Position numbers and translations under genes: made by a program. From a virus, in the IMG/VR virus record IMGVR_UViG_3300027365_000009, positions 1 through 64,000 of that record: a stretch of DNA of 64,000 bases, one strand, 5' to 3'. This document shows, in pieces, positions 8,562-17,924 of the stretch. Position 1 is the first letter of the stretch, and each line of letters begins with the position of its first letter. The notes beneath the pieces are model-generated. The model searched no databases, was not told the origin of the DNA, and saw nothing but the letters and a program-made list of their open reading frames with translations.

Positions 8562-9914
8562 ATGAATTTCGATCATTTCCCGAAAGGTTGCGGCATCCTG
8601 GAAGTAACCCATACCCCCACCGGTAACTTCTTTTACGCCGTGGCGGATTCACTCCAATATACGGCGCGTCATACATACAACGTACTGCAAATCGGCTCTC
8701 ACCACAATCCCTCATTGCAGGAACTGGTGTCTAAGACAGGTATCGACGCCGTTGAGTTTGATTTCATCAAATGCGAAGACCGTCAGGAGGCGCGGGCAAA
8801 GCGCCATGAGTTACTGATCGAACATTACACTAACCCGAAACTACTCAATGGGAGCGACTTCCCTAAAGTCCCTGGTGCGTACCGCATCATCCATCGCCCC
8901 TCAGGGAAATTCTTTGTGGGTCACTCGGTAGATGTCGTCAAACTCCACAAGCACAACATGATCATGCTTCGCGCGGGAAACCATCGCAACGAGGCATTTC
9001 AACAAGTGTTTAATGAGAGTAACGGCTCGGACGACTTTACGTTTGAGTTTATCCGAACCCAAGACGGAAAGGAAGCCCGCGAGTACGCCCAAAAGTGGTT
9101 TGACGAATACTGGGACACGGGACTGATCCTCAATAACATGAAGGTTAATAGGGTGAAACGCGAGATACCCGGTGCGTACAAACTGATCCATAAACCCACA
9201 GGCCGTTTCTACGTGGGCAGCACTAAGGATATTCCTTGGCGCATTACGTCACATTTCAACCAAATGGAAACGGGGAAACACCAAAACCGGTTTCTCCAGG
9301 AGGTATGGAATGGGGACCGCGATGAGTTTGTTGTTGAGGAGTTTCCAACTAGGGACCGGGAAGAAGCCTTCTTGCTCGAACAAAAAATGATTGATGAAAT
9401 GGGCGGTGACGAGAACTGCGTGAATATCGCCAAGAATGCTAAGTCGCCTATTAGTAGTATTTTGCTTTCTGAAGAGGTTATTGCGAAGCGTAAAGCGTCA
9501 CTAAAGAAACGCCAAGAATCTCCAGAATACCGTAAGCAGATGGGTGAGAGGATGCGGGAGATGTGGAGTGACCCCGAACGTAGAGCCAACCGTCGCGGTG
9601 CGGGGAATCCCTTTGCCAAGCAAATCTGCATTGGCCCACGTTATTTCGGTTCCGTTAAGGATGCAAGTCGGACACTCGGGGTGTCGGAGTTATTACTCCG
9701 TAATCGAGCAAATGATCAAAATAGTCCGGGCGTGTTCTTCCCTGAGAATCCATTACCGTTGGATGTACTGAAAGCCAATAACCGCGAAGTCGAAAACAAA
9801 CCAAAACTTTACCACCTATATTGCCACTTTCTAAAAGAATATTACGGCATCGAACCAGAAGGAAATGTACATCATGGCGCAGGGGATTATCGGTCGGGTG
9901 AGGGGGTATCTTAA
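8562..9914 (+). CDS. Free-standing homing endonuclease with three tandem GIY-YIG-like domains and NUMOD-like tail
   Basis: GILEVTHTPTGNFFY, GAYRIIHRPSGKFFVG and GAYKLIHKPTGRFYVGST, each followed by H-N--LQ/FQ. C-terminal GAGNPFAK and YFGSVKDASRTLG. Confidence 0.88.
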   Translation: MNFDHFPKGCGILEVTHTPTGNFFYAVADSLQYTARHTYNVLQIGSHHNPSLQELVSKTGIDAVEFDFIKCEDRQEARAKRHELLIEHYTNPKLLNGSDFPKVPGAYRIIHRPSGKFFVGHSVDVVKLHKHNMIMLRAGNHRNEAFQQVFNESNGSDDFTFEFIRTQDGKEAREYAQKWFDEYWDTGLILNNMKVNRVKREIPGAYKLIHKPTGRFYVGSTKDIPWRITSHFNQMETGKHQNRFLQEVWNGDRDEFVVEEFPTRDREEAFLLEQKMIDEMGGDENCVNIAKNAKSPISSILLSEEVIAKRKASLKKRQESPEYRKQMGERMREMWSDPERRANRRGAGNPFAKQICIGPRYFGSVKDASRTLGVSELLLRNRANDQNSPGVFFPENPLPLDVLKANNREVENKPKLYHLYCHFLKEYYGIEPEGNVHHGAGDYRSGEGVS

Positions 9915-10140
9915 CCGACGTCAGTGGGCAAAATATCACTTCAACAGTTACATGAACCGTACCTGGGATCGGATGTGTCCCTTGTGTCACAATTGGTATC
10001 GGCGTGATCGTATGACGGCAAGCTTCTGTTTAGTCGGAACGCGCTTAGAAATTCGCTGTCGGTGTGGGTGTACGGCGAAATGGAACGTGGAACAGTTTCA
10101 CGCCACCTTAGACAGTGCTCATGCCGCGAAGGCGGCTTAA
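9865..10140 (+). CDS. Small zinc-ribbon protein
   Basis: CPLC and CRCGC motifs. Overlaps the end of the endonuclease gene. Confidence 0.5.
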   Translation: MYIMAQGIIGRVRGYLNRRQWAKYHFNSYMNRTWDRMCPLCHNWYRRDRMTASFCLVGTRLEIRCRCGCTAKWNVEQFHATLDSAHAAKAA

Positions 10141-10159
10141 TCCATAAAGGAGTGTTACC

Positions 10160-11272
10160 ATGAGTAATGAAACCCAAGATCCGCAAGGTGAAACTCTAGA
10201 AGAACTCTCTCCGGTCGAGGCAGCACGTGACGCATTCTCCCTCCCGGAAGCGTGGACCGATCCGCAGGTCGAACAGTGGATCAAGACCATGGAGAACGAA
10301 GAGGAAGAGACCACCGAAGACGGCGTGTTCCGCTTTGATCCGACTCGCGCACAGCGTAAACCCGCCGACTGGGAAAGCAAGGAACTCCTCGCATACCTGA
10401 AAGGCGCACTGATTGGTGTCTCCAATAAACGCCGCAGTGAACTAATCAATGAATACCGCCGCCGGGAGGATCTGGAAGAGGCTTGGAGTGACCAGCAGGT
10501 CCTGGATTACTTCCAGAAGGGTATCACGCCGGAGCAGACCTCTTATGGCGCGTGGGTCTATGACCGGACGCGTCCCCAGCGTCAAGCACAGGACTGGAGC
10601 ACTGAAGAGCTCATGTCCTGGGCCGAAGGGGAGCTCAAAGCGGTGGGTAAGACCACCGACATCAAGCTGGCGATTGAACTCAAGAAGCGCCACACCCTGA
10701 ACGCAGAGGCGGATACCGTAGGCGCGATTCTCGCGGCCTATAACCGCCAATTCGGCGACGATCAACCCGAAGAGGAGGCTACCCCCGTGTCGGAACAGGA
10801 AGGCCTCCTGGAGCGGGCTGAGACGACCTCGACCTATAATGGAGCATTAACCGAAATGAACCTGAGTTTTATTGAAGGCGTGTTGGACCGTTACGTGGCG
10901 GCCGTGGCGCCCGGTAAGCAGATCACCGAAGCCGAAGGGGGTAAAGCCCAACGCGATCTGGACAACCTGTTCAACTACGTCATGCGCATGGAAGGCCCTG
11001 CTCTCCCCGAAGCCCTGGACATGATCAAGCGCCGGGTAGTGAAGGAGCGTGAGGGGGTGTTCTCACCCAGCTATGCCTACCGCTTTACCCACCTCCTCAA
11101 AGGGGACCGTAAGGCTCAGCAGCGTCATGTGAACCTGATTGAGCTGTTCCTGATCATCACTGACCGCAATGCCGGCGCTAAGCGTAAGCAGATTGACATC
11201 CGCCACATGCTTTCCGGTTACTCTCCTGCGGTGAGTGATCGCCTGACCGACTATTTCAAGAACTACGCTTGA
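10160..11272 (+). CDS. Hypothetical protein with internal tandem duplication
   Basis: AAGGAG RBS. Repeats EAWTDPQV..DPTR..DWESKEL and EAWSDQQV..DRTR..DWSTEEL. Confidence 0.75.
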   Translation: MSNETQDPQGETLEELSPVEAARDAFSLPEAWTDPQVEQWIKTMENEEEETTEDGVFRFDPTRAQRKPADWESKELLAYLKGALIGVSNKRRSELINEYRRREDLEEAWSDQQVLDYFQKGITPEQTSYGAWVYDRTRPQRQAQDWSTEELMSWAEGELKAVGKTTDIKLAIELKKRHTLNAEADTVGAILAAYNRQFGDDQPEEEATPVSEQEGLLERAETTSTYNGALTEMNLSFIEGVLDRYVAAVAPGKQITEAEGGKAQRDLDNLFNYVMRMEGPALPEALDMIKRRVVKEREGVFSPSYAYRFTHLLKGDRKAQQRHVNLIELFLIITDRNAGAKRKQIDIRHMLSGYSPAVSDRLTDYFKNYA

Positions 11273-11340
11273 TAGTATAGAGAGCGTTTATGGACCGTTA
11301 TCTGAGTGATTCGCTACCGCTCAGGGATTACGGCATACAC

Positions 11341-11367
11341 GCCCTTCCTCCGGGAAGGGCTTTTTTT
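11341..11367 (+). terminator. Rho-independent terminator
   Basis: GC stem gcccttcc/ggaagggc followed by T7. Confidence 0.85.
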
Positions 11368-11385
11368 GTTAATAGGGGTCAACGA

Positions 11386-11694
11386 ATGGGAACTCGTTTA
11401 TCAGCTGTGCTTCACCAGCCCATTCCGGGCATCCTCTGGCACTGGTGTCCCGGCTGTCGAGAACGCCATCCGATTCATGTTCGTCACCCCGACAGCAATA
11501 CCAAGGTGACCGCGTTATGGTGCTGGGACGGTAATGTTGACCAACCCACGTTTAACCCGTCGATTCGGGTTTATAATCGAGATGGCAGTACCCAGTGTCA
11601 CTACTTTATCCGTCAGGGAAACATTCAGTTCTGTGGGGATAGTGACCACCACTTAGCGGGTAAGACGGTAACGCTTCCCCGTTTACCTGAGTAA
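11386..11694 (+). CDS. DUF6527-like Cys/His metal-binding protein
   Basis: CPGC..H, W-WDGN...PTF-PSI and CHYFI..G-I-FCGDS-H pattern. Start moved to the ATG after the terminator. Confidence 0.7.
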   Translation: MGTRLSAVLHQPIPGILWHWCPGCRERHPIHVRHPDSNTKVTALWCWDGNVDQPTFNPSIRVYNRDGSTQCHYFIRQGNIQFCGDSDHHLAGKTVTLPRLPE

Positions 11695-11721
11695 AACGAA
11701 AGTCATATTAGGAGATAGATA

Positions 11722-12531
11722 ATGCGTACACGGTTTTTACGCGGGACGACCGCGGAGAATAATGGGTTGACGCTCCCGGAAGGGGAATTGTCGATTGACT
11801 TAGAGAAAAAGGCAGTCCGCTTACATGATGGCCAAACCCTGGGTGGGTTTGAAGTGGTGGGGACTCAATCGGTAATGAGTGGAAGTCAGATAATCGCTAC
11901 TGATGGAGTTGTCGATTTTTATGGGGAGGTCCCCGACACTGAGCTTTTTACAAGGACTGAGTTATCGACTATTACAGGAATGTCTTCGGGAGTTGAGCTT
12001 AGCGATGCCGGTTTCTCTTGGCTTAAGTTTGGATTTAACGGAAAAATTTTATTTGTTGCCAGCAAAAATGTCCGCAGTAATGTGACCGTAAACGAGCTTT
12101 ACAATTTAGGTTTAGTATACGGGACTGACACAGTAGGGGCATTCCCACCGACAACCGGTGTTAACCAGAACACCTTGTTAACTAAAAATAACCTTACCTT
12201 CAAGGTTCGCCTCCTCAATGGTTCAGTCAACGACCCTAGCGGAGCTGAGCGTAACGTTAACGTGTTTACCGATGGCCCAGGTTCCGAATGGGACGAATTG
12301 TTGAAACGTGTACATTCCGATTACTCTCCTGGCGGTGACTGGCCTACATACACCAACGAATTTCTAGACATAAAACTAAACCGATACAGTTTTGTGAAAG
12401 AGACCCATACACACACCACCTATTCCCGCATAATGAGGGGCTATCACGGTTTACTCGGTATGTCGTCAAACATACCGCAATGGAGATCATCAAGCGGATG
12501 CTGGCGCCCTGTCCTCGAACTCGTTCAATAA
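11722..12531 (+). CDS. Second Mtd_N plus CLec-like virion protein (paralogue of 84..956 and of the DGR target)
   Basis: RFLRGTTAENNGLTLPEGELSIDLE..RLHDG..GGF, WLKF and C-terminal CWRPVLELVQ. Confidence 0.8.
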   Translation: MRTRFLRGTTAENNGLTLPEGELSIDLEKKAVRLHDGQTLGGFEVVGTQSVMSGSQIIATDGVVDFYGEVPDTELFTRTELSTITGMSSGVELSDAGFSWLKFGFNGKILFVASKNVRSNVTVNELYNLGLVYGTDTVGAFPPTTGVNQNTLLTKNNLTFKVRLLNGSVNDPSGAERNVNVFTDGPGSEWDELLKRVHSDYSPGGDWPTYTNEFLDIKLNRYSFVKETHTHTTYSRIMRGYHGLLGMSSNIPQWRSSSGCWRPVLELVQ

Positions 12532-12644
12532 CCCACCCAGAGTGTCCCTAATACTATAGTCAAGGCTGTCCTTCTTGGTACGGTATTGGCGATGGCGAAA
12601 GAGCGGCGTGTCCTTCTTTTGTTTTGCTCGTTTACGGTAGATTG

Positions 12645-12665
12645 GCCCTCCCCAATGGGGAGGGC
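12645..12665. terminator. Terminator hairpin between convergent genes
   Basis: gccctcccc-aat-ggggagggc followed by attttatg. Confidence 0.7.
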
Positions 12666-12679
12666 ATTTTATGCGTTGA

Positions 12680-12892
12680 TCAAGTATAGTGGAAGATGTA
12701 ACGCCATGTCGCCCAACCGAGAACGAAGAGGGTCACCACGGCCCACACCACGAGTAGGGCAGCACCCGCATGATTGACGTAGCCATACAGGGTGATGAAG
12801 GGGGTATAGGAAAGAATCAGGTCCAGTACCGCTAAGGCGAACAACGCAAACATCAACAATACGTACCCTTTGAATAGATAACGAATGTTCAT
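12680..12892 (-). CDS. Small two-TM membrane protein
   Basis: Two hydrophobic stretches. ATGA overlap with the upstream gene. Confidence 0.6.
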   Translation of the reverse strand: MNIRYLFKGYVLLMFALFALAVLDLILSYTPFITLYGYVNHAGAALLVVWAVVTLFVLGWATWRYIFHYT

Positions 12893-13095
12893 GAGACACG
12901 TTTCTCCCATTGGTGAATAAGGCGTTTAAGTACTTTGTCCCGATCTCCCTTGGTGTAATTCCCAATAAAGTACTCGTCCTCTAACCGTAGTCCACATTCG
13001 GTTACAATCCCCAATACCCCAACATCAGTAAGGGTATTGGGTGTATCCGTAACGTTGGCTGTACAACCGCATAACGGACATGCCGTAATATCCAT
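12889..13095 (-). CDS. Small protein with N-terminal CPxCG (Lar-like zinc ribbon)
   Basis: ACPLCG near the N-terminus and W-KR at the C-terminus. Confidence 0.5.
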   Translation of the reverse strand: MDITACPLCGCTANVTDTPNTLTDVGVLGIVTECGLRLEDEYFIGNYTKGDRDKVLKRLIHQWEKRVS

Positions 13096-13099
13096 GACA

Positions 13100-13444
13100 T
13101 TAAAACCCTAAGTTCAGTAGATCACTCAACGCCCTTGCTTGGTTAACCGGTGAGGACGCAAAGCGGTCCGAGAGCACGCCCTGGTGAGCCAATGCACGCT
13201 CGCGTAGCTCCATCATGAGGGTAGGGTGGGTTTGAGCCCACGCCTCCCACAGACGCCGATAGGCCAGGTAGAGTTCATCCCCGGTGAATTTTCCCAGAGG
13301 TGGTTTCCCCTTGCCTTCCCGCCAGGTATCTCGTCCTAATACGCCCCGACCCTTTACCGTAAGCTGGTAATGGTCTTCTATACTAAAACCATCGTCCAAA
13401 TAGGCATTGAAGGCTGAGAAACGCCGATCCCCTTTCGTGCTCAC
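13100..13444 (-). CDS. Conserved phage hypothetical protein
   Basis: STKGDRRFSA..IEDHYQ..KG and DRFA..VNQARAL motifs. True start uncertain. Confidence 0.65.
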   Translation of the reverse strand: MSTKGDRRFSAFNAYLDDGFSIEDHYQLTVKGRGVLGRDTWREGKGKPPLGKFTGDELYLAYRRLWEAWAQTHPTLMMELRERALAHQGVLSDRFASSPVNQARALSDLLNLGF

Positions 13445-13480
13445 CTCATAGCCACCAAAGCGCTCCCACTGAAAGGTTAG

Positions 13481-13804
13481 CTAATCCTCCATCACGGAAT
13501 CGTCCCGTAACTCTTCTTCGACCTCAACTCGTTTACGTTCTGTTGTGTACACCTCCACATGACGGGAAGGAGGATCGACAGGCAAGCCCTTCTCTTTCTG
13601 GAATTCCGCTAACATGTCATCCAGCGATGGAGCCGAGAGAATCTTTTCGCAGATCTCCACCGCATTGGTTTTCCCTCCGGTGAGATTGACCCCGACTTCC
13701 CGACGATGGTGCTCCGAGATGCCTTCCATCATCGAGAATTCCATCTGACAGGTTTCTCGTGAAATGTTCAGGTACTGAGAACAATTTGGATACGCGCTGA
13801 CAAG
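13481..13804 (-). CDS. Family-B DNA polymerase subunit (phiKZ gp82-like), exon 2
   Basis: Begins LVSAYPN, completing motif A (D-L-V-S-A-Y-P) when joined to exon 1. Confidence 0.85.
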   Translation of the reverse strand, partial: LVSAYPNCSQYLNISRETCQMEFSMMEGISEHHRREVGVNLTGGKTNAVEICEKILSAPSLDDMLAEFQKEKGLPVDPPSRHVEVYTTERKRVEVEEELRDDSVMED

Positions 13805-14254
13805 CACTATCTTCAGTAAGAAACGCTACCTTCTTACTCGCCCCAGACTGTCTCACGACAGGGCAGGCTGCTGCAGGTTTCCCATGCAGGTGAGACTATA
13901 TCTTCGTCCCCGTGGGACGCCCTCCATTTCGGGACCACTTGGTCCCTACTCTACTCGGTTCACCATAAGGTGCCTTTCGATAGCCGTTGAACGTTCCCCG
14001 TAGGCCTCCTAAGAGGCCCTGTAGGGGCTTCGCTGCTACAGGGGGTCTTAGACCCCACGGTTGCCCATTTTGTCCCGTAGGACGCATCCACCTCGTTGTT
14101 AAACCATCGATACCTCCTTTCGGGGTACCTGTGGTGAGGTAGCTTTAGGGGTTCCCAGCAATTAGAAGGGTTTGCATTCAGACCTTCCAGTCTGAAGGGA
14201 CATCGATATTGTCACGAATGTAATGAAATGAGTATTACATTACAAATATCATTT
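13805..14254 (-). ncRNA. Group I self-splicing intron (450 nt, no ORF)
   Basis: Minus strand has P AAUUGCUGGGAA, Q AGCAGCGAAG, R GUUCAACGGCUA and S AAGAUAUAGUC. Exon end GGAU pairs with GUCC (U-G at the splice site), P2 uucagac/gucugaa, terminal G. Confidence 0.92.
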
Positions 14255-15730
14255 ATCCATATCAGCGATATGCGAGTACAACAGGGTCCGGTAGCCGGGG
14301 AATTCTTTTACACAGCTTAGTCCATTGGGACCTGCCATAAAACTGGGTAGTGTGATTATCCACGATTCGTGGCCCACCACATACTCGTCGAGTTCATCCA
14401 CCGGATCGTCAGAGGAGGTGCCAATCACACAGGGCTCTGGTCGATCAAGATACCAGAAGTGCATGCTATCGCAAAGTCGTTTTGGTGACGAGTTAAAGTT
14501 CTTGTAGTCGGAGTTTCCCGAGAACATGGAAATGTTAGATGCAAGGTCATTGGTTTTCTCGTCCAGTAACTCCAGTGAGATACTATCGAAGATGTTATAC
14601 ACCCCATATTCGATCTTATAGCGTTCCTGCATGACTTCGTGCCAACGCAGTCCCGATAGGTGTTCGGTCTCTTTGAACTTTAGCTTGGTGAGTCCCAGTT
14701 CTTTATTGAGGATATAATCCAGGGCATACGAGCTATCCTTCCCATTGGCTATCCTCAAGATCCGATAGACCGGGAGAGAGTCAATAAACTGAAAGGAGGC
14801 CGGATGGGTGACCCAGTTCCAACGATCCTCGATATTGATCGACATGGTCTTCCCGGATGCTGTCACTTTTTGCGCAGGGCCCCGACGGTAGTCGAAGTAC
14901 CGATACAGTTCAGGGATTCCTGGGTCAGAGAACACGTCTTTCGGATCAATGTTCTCCCGCTCCAGGTTCTTCACCATGTTGGTGACGTCGAAGTCCATGT
15001 TCCAAAAGGTGTAGAAATCAGGTTTCCATTCATGGAGCCGTTTAGCGGACTCGACGACGATCTGTCCGGGTGTATCACAAATCACGACTTCGAGGTTAAT
15101 GTTACGGGACCGTAAGGTCTCACCAATGTACTTGTGGGCTAACTCATGGGTCTTGCCGACGGGATCATCAATGTCACTGACCCACTCCCTGAGGTAGAAC
15201 AGACTGGCGTTCTTCTTACAGGTGACGGACATACAAATGATCTCACCGTCCTTGGAGTGGACGTTAGTCTCGATATCCCCCGCCGCCACACTGTTGAAGC
15301 TAATCAGTCCGGGCCAGCGTTCTTTGTACTCCGCTTTGAGCAGGCAGGCGGAGCTCACGTCAGCACCATACAGGTAGGGGCTACGGGCCAAACGCTTCAG
15401 GGGTGGGTTAGGCCCCGACGAGTAGTCGTTTAGCGCTCTCGCAGCCGCTCTCGGGAGCTCTAGCTGGGTGGTGGTGTACTTGGTACAGTTCTTGGTGTAT
15501 TCGTAGTCCTTCTTGTCGCGATGGGTCTGACGACCCTTCTGAGTCACCCAGAAGGGACGCTGGTAATCCACGTGCGGGCGGAGTTGGGGTATACGCCGCC
15601 CATCTTTGAGATGGACGTAGACTTTGGCGAGTAACAGATCGTGATTTGACCCATCTTGGGCTTTTACGTAGGTGATGTGCTTAGGTTCAAAGCCTACCAC
15701 ATCTTCTTTAGTATATTCGGGTTGACTCAC
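14255..15730 (-). CDS. Family-B DNA polymerase subunit with 3'-5' exonuclease domain (phiKZ gp82-like), exon 1
   Basis: ExoI DIET, ExoII FWNMDFD, SYALDYI and ExoIII YNIFDS. Ends HIADMD. Spliced product about 599 aa. Confidence 0.88.
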
Positions 15731-15872
15731 AGGGCAAACTCCTTAGTGGTCTCTGCACAGGATAGGTAAGGTAAGTAAAAGAGGCCTCAGGCCTCCCTTT
15801 ATGCCTGTATTCTGGGAAGCCGTCTTATTTGTATGATCTAGAATTGATTTCCCCACCTATAAGGACTACCAC

Positions 15873-17147
15873 ATGTCTGAAGTGTTACAGATTTCTCAGG
15901 AATTCATTAACATCGGCGGAAGCAAAATCCTTGGTGTCGAATTATTGACCAAGGTAGAAGAACTCTGTATCAGGGTACGCGATAAAGGAGTTACGTTAAG
16001 CCAATCGGACTATAATGCCATCACCGAGATCATTATAAAAAGAACCAACCTCAATTTTAAACCGTTGGTTACCGATACCCTGACGATGGGGGTACTGATA
16101 AACGAGCCTGTCGGACATAGCGGTATCTCAAATTTCCATGGGGATAGAAGTACCTCAGGAAAAAATACCGAGTTCTATGATAAGTGGATGTCGTCGACCA
16201 TTGATCTCGACAAGGTCAAAGTCACTGGACAGTTCGAAAAGGTATCGTTCTATCTGGTGCTACCTGAAGCAGATTTTTCCGGCAAGACGGGCCTCACCCC
16301 CGAAGAAATCACCGCCTTTATCCTTCATGAGGTAGGTCACGCATTTTTCAGCCTGGCCACGCTCGGGGAGTATGTCTACCTTAACTACTATCTGACCGAT
16401 GGGGCCGACGTACTTCTTGGGAAGAAGCCGAACAAATATAAAATCGACGTTTTCGATGCAGCGTATCTCAAAAAAGAACTCCCAAAAGAAGAAGTTGAGC
16501 GACTGGTAAAAGATCCCACGGAAGCAAACTATCGCCGCGCGTTACTGATTGCTCACCGTCGTTCGCCGCGAACTCACCTGGTGTCAAAGGCGGGCAGCGA
16601 AAAACGCGACGAACAGCTCGCGGACATGTTCGCCTCCCGCATGGGATTTTCCCGACATCTGGCAACGGGTTTTTATAAGCTGAAGAAGTCGCCGTCCGGT
16701 AGGTTTTATCGGGGGACGGCATACCACACCGCGATAGAGATTGTGAAGTTATTGTTTGGTGGGTTTGCTGTAGCTGGATCACTCACTGTACCGCTTGCGT
16801 CACCAATCCTCCTGTATGCCTACGTGGCAATGGAGTTCGGCGATAGCAGCAACGGCGGCGTGTACGACAACGACTACCAGCGACTTGTTAAGATCCGCCA
16901 GGACCTCATTGCTCAACTCAAACATGCGTCGTCAAATCCAACAAGTCGTGCCATTATCGACGATGATATTAAAGTCGTCGATAATCTTTTGAAAACCATG
17001 AAAGATCGCACCACCTTGGTGATGGCAATGATGTATTTGTTAATCCCCGGCTATCGACGTAGTCGTCAGCAGCTCAAACATGAAGAGCTCCTGGAGTCGT
17101 TACTTAATAACGACCTCTTCCTACAGGCGGACCGATTCCGTCGTTAA
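15873..17147 (+). CDS. Virion structural protein with HExxH motif (phiKZ gp83/84-like)
   Basis: FILHEVGH and EQLADMFA. N-terminal SQE candidate head-protease site. Confidence 0.7.
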   Translation: MSEVLQISQEFINIGGSKILGVELLTKVEELCIRVRDKGVTLSQSDYNAITEIIIKRTNLNFKPLVTDTLTMGVLINEPVGHSGISNFHGDRSTSGKNTEFYDKWMSSTIDLDKVKVTGQFEKVSFYLVLPEADFSGKTGLTPEEITAFILHEVGHAFFSLATLGEYVYLNYYLTDGADVLLGKKPNKYKIDVFDAAYLKKELPKEEVERLVKDPTEANYRRALLIAHRRSPRTHLVSKAGSEKRDEQLADMFASRMGFSRHLATGFYKLKKSPSGRFYRGTAYHTAIEIVKLLFGGFAVAGSLTVPLASPILLYAYVAMEFGDSSNGGVYDNDYQRLVKIRQDLIAQLKHASSNPTSRAIIDDDIKVVDNLLKTMKDRTTLVMAMMYLLIPGYRRSRQQLKHEELLESLLNNDLFLQADRFRR

Positions 17148-17173
17148 TCCACCGTTCACAGAGAGAACACCCC

Positions 17174-17608
17174 ATGAAACTCGGTATTGCCTTAGCCAAA
17201 CAGATCAAGACTCTGGACTTTCCCGAAACCCATCAGCGGGAAATGCGTGCCATGTATGTGGCCCAGGCGCTGGCCTACCAAGGCCACCTCCCCACCGGTT
17301 TAACCGCGGAAGAATATATCCAAGAGAAGATGTCCGATTGGAAAGTCGTTATCAATGACGTCAATGAGATGTTGGTGCTTGATACTAAATTGACGTTCGC
17401 CTTCTTGGAGAAGTTGGTTAAGTCCCGCAAGGAGGTAGTGGAATCAGTGGCTGACACCACCCTTCTGAAAGCCTGTCTTTCCAGTGATAGCATTACTACT
17501 CGTCTGACCGATGATCAACAGGCCGCACTGAACGCAGTGGCGAGTCGTCCGAATTTCGGTCAGTCTCTACTCTCAGTGCGCGATGCCTTTGAGGCTGACA
17601 GTGAGTGA
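17174..17608 (+). CDS. Putative virion protein
   Basis: 144-aa ORF within the structural operon. Confidence 0.6.
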   Translation: MKLGIALAKQIKTLDFPETHQREMRAMYVAQALAYQGHLPTGLTAEEYIQEKMSDWKVVINDVNEMLVLDTKLTFAFLEKLVKSRKEVVESVADTTLLKACLSSDSITTRLTDDQQAALNAVASRPNFGQSLLSVRDAFEADSE

Positions 17609-17924
17609 TGACGCACAAACGCCGGGACGGGAACTCCCCGTCCCGCGGTTAACCGATGATTACTTGGAGTCGATGATCGTTCACGAGGATTACCACCAGT
17701 TTCCCCAAACCCGCTTGACTGTTTGTTGTCTGGTGCTTCGGAATGGATGGGAATTGTCCGGGGAGGCAGCATGTGCTAACCCACAGCAATTTGATCCTCA
17801 GATTGGTCGTCGACAGGCCCGGAAGAATGCATTAAAGCGGGTAAAGTCACGCGAACAGTACCTGTTACGTCAACGGCTCTTTGAGGCCGGTATTTTACAT
17901 GGAGGCACCAACAATGACGTTTGA
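17601..17924 (+). CDS. N4 gp49/Sf6 gp66-family protein (candidate Acb4-type nucleotide sponge)
   Basis: TVCCLVLRNGWELSGEAACANPQQFDPQIGRRQARKNA matches the family pattern T-C-L-L-NGF-V-G-SAC--P-NFD--IG---A--NA. Confidence 0.75.
   Translation: MSDDAQTPGRELPVPRLTDDYLESMIVHEDYHQFPQTRLTVCCLVLRNGWELSGEAACANPQQFDPQIGRRQARKNALKRVKSREQYLLRQRLFEAGILHGGTNNDV

Noticed and set aside
8460-9914. GIY-YIG gene as part of an intron in the RNAP gene
   Set aside because: The RNAP subunit appears complete, and no group I core elements or second exon flank the gene.
12427-12510. 11722..12531 as a remote target of this TR
   Set aside because: No nucleotide-level match to TR beyond the WRP codons.
13896-14087. 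63-aa ORF inside the polymerase intron
   Set aside because: Overlaps the ribozyme core and has no endonuclease motif.
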